From Chrysomallon squamiferum (lineage: Eukaryota; Animalia; Mollusca): DNA of 64,000 bases. The notes under the pieces are model-generated. The model searched no databases. It was not told the DNA's origin and saw nothing but the letters and a program-made list of their open reading frames with translations. Shown here one piece after another: positions 41,022-52,768 of the stretch. The stretch spans positions 17,236,001 through 17,300,000 of the forward strand of contig CM022669.1 in NCBI GenBank assembly GCA_012295275.1, given 5' to 3'. Position numbers and translations under genes: made by a program. How positions within the stretch are numbered: the stretch's first letter is position 1; each line of letters opens with the position of its first letter.

Positions 41022-44000
41022 AAAAAGACAAGTAATTTATTTAATATTTCATTAAGAATTTAAGATTGCCCAACTGATATCACGAACGATAACTCTTCAA
41101 ACCTTGTGATCACATAAGCTAAATATGAGTTATTTCCCTTACACCATAAGCTCATAAATTATTAAACCATTTTTGAATTGAGAATACAAAATAAAGCGTA
41201 ATTATTTTTAAAAACAAACTGAACTGATTTAAAACTTACCTCTCCTACAGAACTGGCTAACACAGACACAATCTTTTCATGAGGCACAGCTACCACGCTC
41301 TGATTGTTTATTTCAATAATTCGATGACCCACCCGAACCCCACCTCGCTCTGCAATCCCACCACGTAACAAACTGCAGATCTGAAATCAGTAAGAGGTTT
41401 AAAACACAGACAGAAAACAAAATTCATAACAAATTAGGTGTTTAAATAACATGGACAAAATTTATGACAGTCAAGAAGAAATGCATTTAAAAAAAAGAAC
41501 ATTTTAAACAAGTATAAAACAGTTTGAATACTGAAAGCATTAAGAATGACAACATTCAGTATCAACAAAATAAATAAATTAGAATAATGTTATCATTAAA
41601 TAGCTGTTTTTGTGCACATTTAAAAGCTCAGTTTTAAGAACTTCATTCTATTTAGTTATTTATTTTATTATTTTTTTTAATTATTTTAATCTATTTGTAA
41701 ATGTTTTAGCCTTTCCTTTTTTATTTTACTTTCATATATATTTTATTATTATGATTATTATTATTTCTTAATATGCACAGTATATGCAAACCAAACATGA
41801 TAATTATATGGCATGCCATTTCTGAAATTGCTCTGTAAAGAAGTACACAACCATTTCCATAACACAACCATTTCTTATCCCACACCGATATCAAAGCCAA
41901 TCCTTTTCAAAAGCATGAAGAGATAAAAAAAATTAAAAAAAAAATAAAAATGAAAGCAAGACATTTACAGCTTCGACTTTTGGTGTGAAAACCTTGAAGT
42001 TGTTAATCTGTGATTACAGCAAACCACAGAGAAAAGTGCTGACAGAAGTGAACACTTGAAAACAGAGAGATGAAGACTTTGGAAAACTTGTCAAGTGTGA
42101 GATGGCCAAGTGTAAAGTGTCACGTCACACAGAGAGAGAGCCTGCAATCAAACCTTCTTTTATCTTTTCTTAAAAGCTATCACTGTAGGGTGATGGTGAA
42201 TAGATAATTAAAGTGTCTAACATTTAAAAAGGAACCAAATAAAAATAATGGAAGAAAAAGAAGAAAGAAGAAAATAAAATAAGGAAAAAAGAAGAAAAAA
42301 GATAAATTAAAAAAAGTGAAAAAAAAGTGGGGGGGCGATAAAGATTCTTTAAAATAAGATCAATATTTAAATTTTTTATTAAAGGTACCTTTTCAATTTT
42401 TATCCCTGCATAACATATGATCACTAGATAACATTTATTTATAAAAATCCTGTATTTCTTTCTTGTATATACCTAAAATGATCCATGCTAAAAACAAACT
42501 AACTAGAACCTTTCAGCAACTTCCTCTGATAGTCTTATAACTGTCTGAGAGAGGAAAATACATCTTTCACAGAGCAAGCATTGACAACTGCGTGTGCTAT
42601 GATAATGTGGATTCTAGATTTTTCTGATATTAGTTAGATCAAATATTTCTTCGTTCTCAAAGAACTGTCAAACAGAAATGTGATCCCAGACATCCTTGAA
42701 CTGATGTTGAATGACACAATACTGAAACTGTTACCCAGTGATTGATTGGGATTCATTCTTTCTGAAAGTGCTAGCTGATAGGTATTAGGTCCTCGTATCA
42801 CATAATGAACAAGAAAAATCTTTATTACCTCCTTGTAATTTAAAGCATTACATTCTTAAGATAGAAAAGAAATGAATTTTGTGGTACAAAATAATCCTTA
42901 CCATTGATAGCTGAAGGAAGGGGAGACATGAATGAACCAATAAAAGGAAGGAGAAAGGAAGGGAACAGTGTTAATGAAAAGATGTTGGATGACTGCACAG
43001 ACTGATAGATGGATGGGTAGGTGGATGGATAAACAGACAGATGGGTAATGGATGGATGTGTAAATGAATGGACAGACTGATGAGGAGGATAAATGAATTA
43101 TTGCCATATACATTTACAAAAGCACTTCAAAACTAAATTATGAAAGGACATACTAATTATCACCCAGTCGAACAGACAAATGAACTGCAGGACATTACTT
43201 ACCACACCATTCTGAACACTAAAACCTAGCTGGTACTTGACATCTGGTCTCTTTATTAAAACCTCAACAACTGGCGGACATGGGACGACTGTCAGTTTTA
43301 CTACAGTCTGAGGCTTTGATGTCTGAAATTAAAACAACACAACATTAACAATTCTGTGTACTTTCTTTTTAACAATAAAAACATGTTTAAAGAAGATTTA
43401 TTAAATTCCTATATAAATATAAAAAAACAAAAACAAACACCAGATGTCTTTCTCCTTTCTGTGATCAAATTTCAAACAATAAAACATGTCTTGAAGTAAA
43501 CTGTAACCCATCTTTATCCTCTCCAACATACTACTTCTGCTGTTGCTACTGCTGCTTTTACTACTACTGCTGCTGCTGCTACTACTACATACAAAATCTG
43601 CATTACAGATGAACATTCACACATACAAAAAACAGACTTATGTAACAAAATAATGTATAAAAGAAAAAAAACAAAAATGGATTTAAATCTTTCCGATATT
43701 AAAATTACTTTGACAATGTTTTATTACTGAAACTCCAGATGTAATCTCCCTTCAAAATTCATACCATTTCAACATAATCTAACCTTTATTTTATTATCTT
43801 TAATTTGAAATCTAATATAAAAAATAATAATAATAATAATAATAATAATCATAATCATAATAATAATAATAGAAAAAAAGGAAAATGATGAAGATGAGAA
43901 ATAACAATTATTTCTTTCTTTCCAATCTTTATGGAAAGTGATAAACAGAAAACTAATTAAAAGCCCACAAGAATGTTGCTGAATCAATAACCGTGTCCTG

Positions 44001-46224
44001 GTTTCCCACAGGATTTTCACCTCAGTGAAATCACACTGACCTATCTATAATCAGTGTTATGGTAAGGTCTGAAAGAAAACAATGCAAGCTTTCGGTGAGC
44101 ATGTTGTGTGTCACTCTGTCCATTAGAAAAATTGTTCAAAGAGCAACATTATAATAACTGCCATTTCGAAGTCAGAGCCAGAGTGAATTGGACACAAAGT
44201 GATGCATACAGTCCAGCCTGTTTTGAACATAAATGGAGCAGACTACAGCTCAGTTATAATGGCCTTAGGCATAAGTGGTATCAGCATCAATCCTTCCCAA
44301 TGGTATTACTGGTTACTTCCCAATCCTGCCAGTGCTCCACAAATTAGTGGCTTAAATATTGTACTATTTCCTTTTATGTCTTTCCATACAAAAAAAAAAA
44401 TTACTCATTGCTGACTTACAAGAGTAAGTATAGATCATGGACTAATTGCAATGGGTTTTCTCTTTCACATTTTCATTTATACCACCACATTATTTTAGTC
44501 ATCTAACAACCTCTTAAGTACCTTTAAGTGACTTCCATAACTCTACAGTGTTCATTATTTCAGCTATCTCATTGCCCTTACAATATACTGAGTTATAACC
44601 AAATCTCTTGTCTACTGTTCCACATCTTCATTTATTAGTCCAGAACAATGTCTGCATATTTCAAATTTTTATGGTTTCAAAGCAATTCCCATCTCAGTAG
44701 TGAAGAGATTAATATTATAATTAGTCAAAGTGAAGAGAGTGACTAGTGGTGTTTTTTCTTCTTCCTCTTCTTGTTTTTGTTTGTTATTTCTTGCTTCAAA
44801 TTATTAATAATTGTAAATAACCTCTTATTAACATTTCTGTAATATCGTTTATTTTTCTGTAACATTTAAAAAAATATATTATCTGAATGTTCAAAAAGAG
44901 ATACAACAGTTCCACATGATTTGTTTTACTCTTCTTCTGTAAGCTGTTTCCACTGATTCAAATAAAGTGTTTTGGGCTGCAATGTACAGTATAATTAAAT
45001 TTCCTGGAACCACTTTTAGTGTTATTGGACAGTATAGTGGAGAGTACACTAACCTCTCTTAGCTGGTTCTGTCTTTAAATGTGTTATGTCAGTTAAACAG
45101 ATTCTGTTACTTGTATCCAGTATTATTGCAAATGTTTCATCAAATTTACAGTGTTCAAAGAAACCTGGAAATATCTTTTTGGTACACTTATTTAATAAGA
45201 GAGCATGCAAATTCAAAATTAAAGTTTTCAGTTCGTTTTGGTAAAGCATAAAAAGGAATTGCAAGATTCGTGAAAACGCAGCATACACAAACATATAAAA
45301 TAAGAACACTTGAATATTTGTCAATAAGAATATACTGTTGAACCTATACCATTCAAGCACCAGAATCCACATGCATAAAGACACTGACAAAGAAACTAAA
45401 ACAAATCTAAAAAAAAACATGCAAAAAATACCAATACTTATATCAGAAACAAATGTACACATACATAAATGGCACAGGCAAGAGATTTAACAATACAGAA
45501 CACTTCTTGCAACAATACAGAGGCAAACAAATAAAGAAAGTAAAAAAAATATATATATATATTAATAATAATGAAAAAATAAAATCCATAGATGGAGAAA
45601 AGCATCCAAATATAAAGTAAAGAATTTTTATGATTCCCAACAAAACCTTTTAGAAAAATCATGGAGTAAAAAAAACAAAAATAAAATATAAATTCTTTTT
45701 TTTTTTTAAATATCATTGAAATATAAAAGAAAGACATCTAGTTTTCGAAACTAAGATGCAGTGAAAGCAGGTCAATTCCTTTCAGGATATTCTTCAGTAA
45801 TGCCATTCTCAAAATTTTTTTTTTTTTTTTTTAAAACCGCACATTTGTAAAGAAAATTACATAAAGTGAATGTCTGTGGCATTTTGCTGATGTCTGACAT
45901 TATGTCAGTTCTCTTAATATCCTGCATGTCATTTTCGCTTCATTTATGATTGTGTAATGTTAAAGAAATGTCATATTAAATACTTCTTAAACATTTTTTT
46001 TTAAATGAATGAATGCTCTTGATTTTATGAAAAAAGAAATGCCAACAGATAAGCTGATTATAAACTAATGATGTTTTCGTAATAGTTGGAAATAGCTGGC
46101 CTTGACAGCTAAACCAGGACAGGTGGAAAAAAAAAAGAAATGCAGTAAAAAACATTTGCAATAAGAACTAATTTCTTTTTTTAATAAAACACATATCTGA
46201 AGTCATTCTTGGTTGTTTTTAGTT

Positions 46225-46306
<82 letters not shown>

Positions 46307-49088
46307 ATCATTTAAAAAATGTAGTATCATGTATATTAATAGTAGCAGATATAGTACAATAATAGTAGAAGTAGATGCAGTACTACTACTAGCTGTAGAT
46401 GTAGTACTACTTGTAGTAGTAGTAGTAGTAGTAGCTGTAGAAGTAGTAGTAGTTGTAATAGTGTTAGTAGCAATAGCAGTATATTAGCAGTAATAATAAA
46501 AATAATGATCTAAATTAAAAATAGCTAAAATGAAACAATCTGTGGCTGAAAATAAAACGGTACCTAGTTTTCTGTCTGTCTTGTTGACATTCTACACTAA
46601 CTACAACTGATATTTAACTTATATTTAATATTAACAACAACTCACAGTGACTGTTACCAGCCGCAGGCCTCTAACACTAACTGTTACCAGTCCCAGTCCT
46701 CTAACACTAACTGTTACCAGTCCCAATCCTCTAAAACTGTTACCAGCCCCAGTCCTCTAACACTGTTACCAGCCCCAGTCCTCTAAAACTAGTTGTTACC
46801 AGCCCCAGTCCTCTAACACTAACTGTTACCAGCCCCAGTCCTCTATCACTAACTGTTACCAGCCCCAGTCCTCTAACACTAACTGTTACCAGCCCCAGTC
46901 CCTAACAGTTACCAGCCCCAGTCCTCTAACACTAACCTTTATCTGGTTCTGACACGCTGACAGTGGCAGGCCCACCAGGCTGATGCCGTTGATGGAGATG
47001 ATCTGGTCACCAATGTTCAGCTGACCACACCTAGCTGCTGGACCACTGGGGGCCATGTTGGCCAAGACCACAGTGGGGACCATAGATCCCCACCCCGACT
47101 CAACAATCACCACACCCAGAGGTTCACCTTTTGCCTTTGGAACAATGACCTGTAAAGAGAGAAATTAATATTTTTATTTCAAGTAAATGCATTTAACAAC
47201 ATCTCTAATGACAAAAATAAATAGTTTTGATACATTTTGCTTACATAAAGTTGTTTTGTTTGTTCTAGAAACCTATCCTTTTTAATAATAAAATATGAAA
47301 ATAAAGTAACAAAGTCATAAGGATGGACAGAGACTGAACTTAACTTTACAAACATTCTATATCTTCTATATAAAATGAAAAAGAATTAAAAAAAAACATA
47401 ACAGCCTCCAAGCAAATTCATCAGCTTGTTATTTTATAGTCATACTTTGTTTTTAACAAAGCTGGATTGCTAGTAACTAGTAACATATCTTTTTTGTATC
47501 TATGTGCGTAAAAAAATAAACAAAATTTAGTTACAGGGTTTTAATTAATAAAAATAACAACATTTAACAAAAGAAAATAATAAAAGATATAACCATTTAT
47601 ATTACTTTTGTTTCTTTCATAAATCATAAACCTAAAACACTAATGTTTAAACCTGAAGTCTGAAACAGACCAGCACTATACATTGAGTCAGATAATGTCA
47701 AATAAATTGACATTATATCACCATAGTCGTCGAATGATACACATTTGTTCTTCACCATTCCAAGCTGGCACTTGAAGATATTGATACAGCCATCAAGCTG
47801 TCAAAGGTTTTCATGATTCTAGAGCTCAGATCACAGAGTATAACCAAAACGATAGGGAAGGAAATGGCAAATGGGCATCAGAAATGGGGAAAAGATCAAA
47901 CTGTTTTGACAGTGCTTTTAATCACAATGCTGGCTATGGGTCAAAAAGTATTGAGACAAAGGTACACACGTCAGTATTACTGTGTTGATTAATCAGAAAC
48001 CTGACATCACAAATGAGATGTGATGTATTGAAACAATAAAACAAATCAACAGCTGAGTGCATGGGTCAGACTATAGTTCAGAGATTAACAGTGCTAGCTT
48101 AAAGCATCCTAGGTAGCTGGGTCATCACTATTTCAAATGTTTTCCAACACAACCAGACCCGAACAACAGGTCTATAAAAGGTTTTCTAGTCTAAGAAAAA
48201 GTGCATTCACAAGATTCCTTAATGTTAAGGGTTATTTAGAGGGTGTAAAGTATATTTTTATAATTATAATAAAAATCACTATGAAAAAATAATAATAATA
48301 AAAAAAAAAAATAACCTGCTGCAGTCATTCCATAATTATAAACAATGAACTGGAGAAAACTGGATCATTTAATAATCCAGACAGAAAAAAAAAAAGTAAA
48401 AAATTGGCATTTTGCTGTCACTGATTAAGGTAATTGGTTTGTTAATTCTTGACAGAATACCTCTTTATCGTTATAAATTCTGTAGCTTTATTATAATTAC
48501 TTTCTTGAAATGTGCCTCAACAGTTGAATTCTTTTGATACTTAATTCAATTGTTAAATTAATCATTTTGGGTAATAGATAATCCGGACTCATTTCTGACT
48601 TCATTCCATATGAGTTGACTCTGAACTACTGACTTTCTGTTCTTGATTCAGTAAATGAAGACTCAGTTGTGACCAAATGCATTATCCCATACTAAACAGG
48701 ACTCAATATCTTTATTCAATAGCTGATTATCTCCTTATGATACATTGACTACACTCATTGTGATATGACAGTTACCTCCTTATGACATCATGGCTGCACT
48801 CAACAGTTTGACTTTTATCCTTATGATACAAAGACTACACTCTTTGTGACATTATAGTTTAATTTATCTTCTTATGACATGACTCCACTCAATAGTTTTA
48901 CTCACCTCCTTGTGGTGGTCTTTGTTGGCAAACAGCTGCAGCTCCTCTCCATAGATCTCCTGCTGGTTGAGAACATCCTGGTAATCCATCTCCTTCAGAA
49001 TGCCTGGATCCTCAATGCCATTGGCCTTGAGGAACTCCATGTAGGCCACCTGGAAGGCCTGCCCAATTGACTGGGCAATCAGCTGGGC
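40840..49088 (-). CDS. lin-10: Mint/X11/LIN-10 (APBA family) adaptor, 3' part: end of PTB + PDZ1 + PDZ2. Exons 48906-49088, 46937-47149, 43203-43322, 41240-41380, 40840-40911
   Basis: The translation [27 protein letters not shown]...[21 protein letters not shown]...[52 protein letters not shown]...[23 protein letters not shown] is the highly conserved APBA1/2/LIN-10 C-terminus. All exons are phase 0 with GT-AG introns. Confidence 0.97.
41240..41380 (-). CDS. lin-10: Mint/LIN-10 PDZ2 exon ([47 protein letters not shown])
   Basis: 141 nt; ttcag| acceptor and |gtaagt donor. Confidence 0.97.
43203..43322 (-). CDS. lin-10: Mint/LIN-10 PDZ1-PDZ2 junction exon ([40 protein letters not shown])
   Basis: 120 nt; tttcag| acceptor and |gtaagt donor. 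Missed by the ORF track. Confidence 0.95.
46651..46936 (-). repeat. 30-bp minisatellite, ~10 copies (minus-strand unit GTTAGTGTTAGAGGACTGGGGCTGGTAACA), starting exactly at the PDZ1 exon splice donor
   Basis: Read directly: ctgttaccagccccagtcctctaacactaa units, with 4-7-bp deletions in some copies. Confidence 0.95.
46937..47149 (-). CDS. lin-10: Mint/LIN-10 PDZ1 exon ([71 protein letters not shown])
   Basis: 213 nt; ctctctttacag| acceptor and AAG|gttagt donor. Confidence 0.97.
48700..48912 (-). repeat. Degenerate ~40-50-bp tandem repeat abutting the donor of the PTB-linker exon
   Basis: (ct)ccttatga(t/c)a..gact(a/g/c)cactc recurs at ~48731, 48776, 48818 and 48867. Confidence 0.75.
48906..49088 (-). 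CDS. lin-10: Mint/LIN-10 exon with PTB C-terminal helix and linker ([61 protein letters not shown])
   Basis: 183 nt; tctttacag| acceptor and GAG|gtgagt donor. Confidence 0.97.
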
Positions 49089-49096
49089 CTGTAAAG

Positions 49097-49140
<44 letters not shown>

Positions 49141-49321
49141 CATCATCATCATCATCAACAGCAGACCATGTGTAAAAACCATAATAAAAATACATCCTGC
49201 AGACTAACAGAGAAATTTCCCAATAATTAAATAAGTTTATGACTTGCAAATCCATCTATGGTTGCAAGTTATGGACTTCTTATATGAATGACAAAGATTA
49301 TGTCTGTTTTTTACACTCATA

Positions 49322-49363
<42 letters not shown>

Positions 49364-50068
49364 AAACAGGTTGTGTGTATTTATGTATGTAAATGTCTGT
49401 AAACAGAACAACAGATTAAAACAGATGTTAATTGTAAGTAATATGACACTGATGTATTGAGATATTTAAACCCAATTGTGACACATGCAGACTAAATAAT
49501 GAGATATCATATTTAGATGATTCAGTTGGTGACTGTCATTCATCTATTAGGGTATATCAATAATTTAAAGAAAAATGTATTTTTTTAAACAACCAATATG
49601 TATATGATTTCTTTCAACAGCCAATTATTTGTTAGTCAGGCAAGTTTGAATTCATGACATTAATAATAGTAGTGTCATCAAGAAAATAATAAGTATGTAA
49701 TTATAAATAAATGAAAGAAAGAAAATGAAGAAATGAAGAATGAATGAATGAATGAATGAATGGATGAATAAATGAACAACAAAATAAAGGTAATGTTTCT
49801 TATTTTGAACATAAAATATCTACAAGTCATAATCTACTGCAATCAATATTTCAAAGTCCTAGTAATATTGCAATAAATAAAACAAATATATAAAAGTGCA
49901 TCTTCAGATGTGTATATAGCAAATAGATTTCAAAACAAAAAAAAAGAAAGAAGAGATAGATGAACTTATGAAAAGTAAATATTACATATTAATAATGTTT
50001 CAATGGTAGTAGTATTATTATTTTATTGTTTTTATTTTTTATTTTTGTGGCACATTTTCACTCTAATC

Positions 50069-50104
<36 letters not shown>

Positions 50105-51809
50105 ACAACAATAAATTAAAAAAAAAGAATAACAATAATTAAGAAATTTCCTAACACACCCAAAAACCTAATAAAAGAACATGACAAAAACAATCGGCTT
50201 TTGCCTAAACACTTCAGACCGGCATAATGTTGCATTGTGTTTAAAAATAGCTACACAATCAATCAACATTTGGTTATTTCAGATTGGCAGGCATTCTACA
50301 TGGCTGTCAGACCCATAAGTTCGGAAATGAAAACAGTTTCCGTTTATGCGAGTCTGAAACATTTATAACAGAACTCACATAGCAGGTGTTTCAATACCTT
50401 CTTACACACCATTGTGATTATTATGTCATCCAGAGACTAGGAATTGTTTAATATCCGGCTAAAATAAATACAGTGCATTTATTTTTAAAACAGGTTATGT
50501 AAGAATAGAGAAAAATGCACTTTTGGTTTATTAATGGAATATAAATTTACTTGTTTTTGAGTCAAATAAACAAAATAAAAATGTGTGTAGCAGTATTAAA
50601 AAAGAAATGCTTAACTCCAGCTTCAAGAACGATTTGGACATTAGTTAATGGCAAAGTGACCTGATACTTATTTATGTCAATGATATGAATGGAAGTAATT
50701 TCTATTTCTATTATTAGCCACTTCACTATCAACATCTAATGAGAAACATATAAACCATGGTAGGAAAAGACAACAAACAGGAACTGTGCAAGACTGAAGA
50801 AAACATGATATGATACATTAGAGATTCGGTTATAATTCAGTCTGTTGAGACTGATTAAAGAGTCACTACAGCAACAGAGTAAGTCCAAATTGAGACCACT
50901 ACATCATAGCTATAAAACTTTTCTAAAGGTTAATTCTGTCAAGGGATATTACAATAAAAGTCTTCAAACAAATTTTAAAAATATTTATTTATTAAAAGTA
51001 TATTTCCAAGTAATCACTTGCCAACACAACAAAAAAAAATAAATAAATAAATAAAATAAAAGAATACAACCCACACAAAAATAAACAAAAATAAACATCA
51101 AACCAGAAAAAAAAAGAGAAAAAAAAAGAAAAAAGAAACAAATTAAAAATCCAAGAACATAAAAATGAAAAACAACAACTTTGTGTTTTCCACAAAAAAA
51201 TGTATTGCTCAATTAACTACATCTGTTGTCAGGTAATGGTCTGAAATATTGCAAAAACAGATTTTACGACAAAAAGCTAAAGTCAACAAATGACACTTCT
51301 ATAATTAGACAAATGAAATGGAGCATTGATCTTCTTGTTAAACTAAATAAACTTTTCTTTTTTTAGAGTTTCAATTCAAAGCCACCTGACACAGAAGATG
51401 CTAATTGTGCTGGGGAAATTGAACAGTAAACCAGAAAGAGTTAATTGAAAGTCTCGGGAATCAATTTTGTCTAACAACACAGAGAACTCAATTAACAAAT
51501 TAATGCCTTCAGATTGGTTGTGTTGATCCACTGCGATGGACAAATAATGATAACTGAGAACCAAGAGAGTTTATTTGAAATGAAGCAGATGAGAATAAGA
51601 AGATGTATTATATACCACAGACATAAAAGACAATATTTTACGTTTGGAAAAGGTAGATAAACATGAGCAGAATTTTCCACATTTAGGTGTAATGGTTTAT
51701 AAACTGACACAGAATCTATCACAATTTGATATACTCCTGCAAGGCAGGGTGTGTGGCTTTAGTCAACAATTGTCAAAAGAAGATATTAATCTTAATGCTT
51801 TCTTAATGT

Positions 51810-52222
51810 AATGGAAGAAACATGTTAAGTGATATTTCAGTACTTTTTAATATTAACAGTTATTAGATCTTAATCATGTGAGTTACACATATGTTAAGAT
51901 TTGAATTATACTATACACAGAGATAATATGAGAGAGGAAATACACTATCTCTGCAGTAAGGGCAATTCTATCACTAACCAATAATCTTTAATATGTAGTT
52001 CATTACAGATAGGAAAGCACTAGCTATAATTTACTTATATTAATTATGATCCTCTGACCAGAATGGGAAACTGCTAATCAGGCTTCTTAAAAGAAGATTA
52101 ATTCTGACATTAGTTATGGTTCTCTGGTTGGAACTGGAAACAGCCCATTAGTGACTCTAAACAGAACTGATCCTGTAACCTTTCAAGCCTTAGCCCTGTG
52201 CTCAACCACAGAAATACAGTCA
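51810..52222 (-). mobile_element. Degenerate near-full-length tRNA-derived SINE relic
   Basis: Ordered motifs acacagagat..tgagagaggaaa, atctttaatatg, acagataggaaagcac, ctggttggaac..aaacagccca, tgatcct..aacc and gctcaaccac resemble, from memory, a common gastropod MetaSINE-like consensus read in reverse. Partial copies at 28328 and 34892. Confidence 0.5.
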
Positions 52223-52737
52223 ACTCCTAGTGTCCTTCACAGAATAATTCTTCAAAACAAATTAATGCATTCAGAATAAAAACATGGAATGGGGCAAACC
52301 AATATGCTCAAACATGTATCTCACTGGAGGCATAATTACGTTTCCTTCATATCTGGTTAAATCAAACTCAGTCATGCTGACAGTTTGATATAACAACTTC
52401 CTGAGCTAAGCAAGAAAACCTTTAAACAACATGTTTACTGAAAATGCATCGAATTTTCTCATTCAAAAAGGCAAAAGTTTTCATATTCATGGGACGTCAT
52501 TATTACTACTAATTCAATGCAACATTTTTATTATTTTTTTTAATTTTTTTTTCTGACAGATGATTTAACTCATAGAATTTTAGTTTCACGTACTCAGCTT
52601 TCACAACAACAGCCAGTCAAGATTGTTATTGGAATTTCGTAAAATTATTTTTTTTACAAATTGTTGTATTATTTTTGGCCAATGATTTTCTGTCAATGCC
52701 TGAATCAAGTTTCATTTTTCACATACACATTTGAACA

Positions 52738-52768
<31 letters not shown>

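Noticed and set aside
46651-46936. 30-bp repeats superficially like a CRISPR array
   Set aside because: Head-to-tail units without unique spacers, in a eukaryotic intron, with no cas genes.
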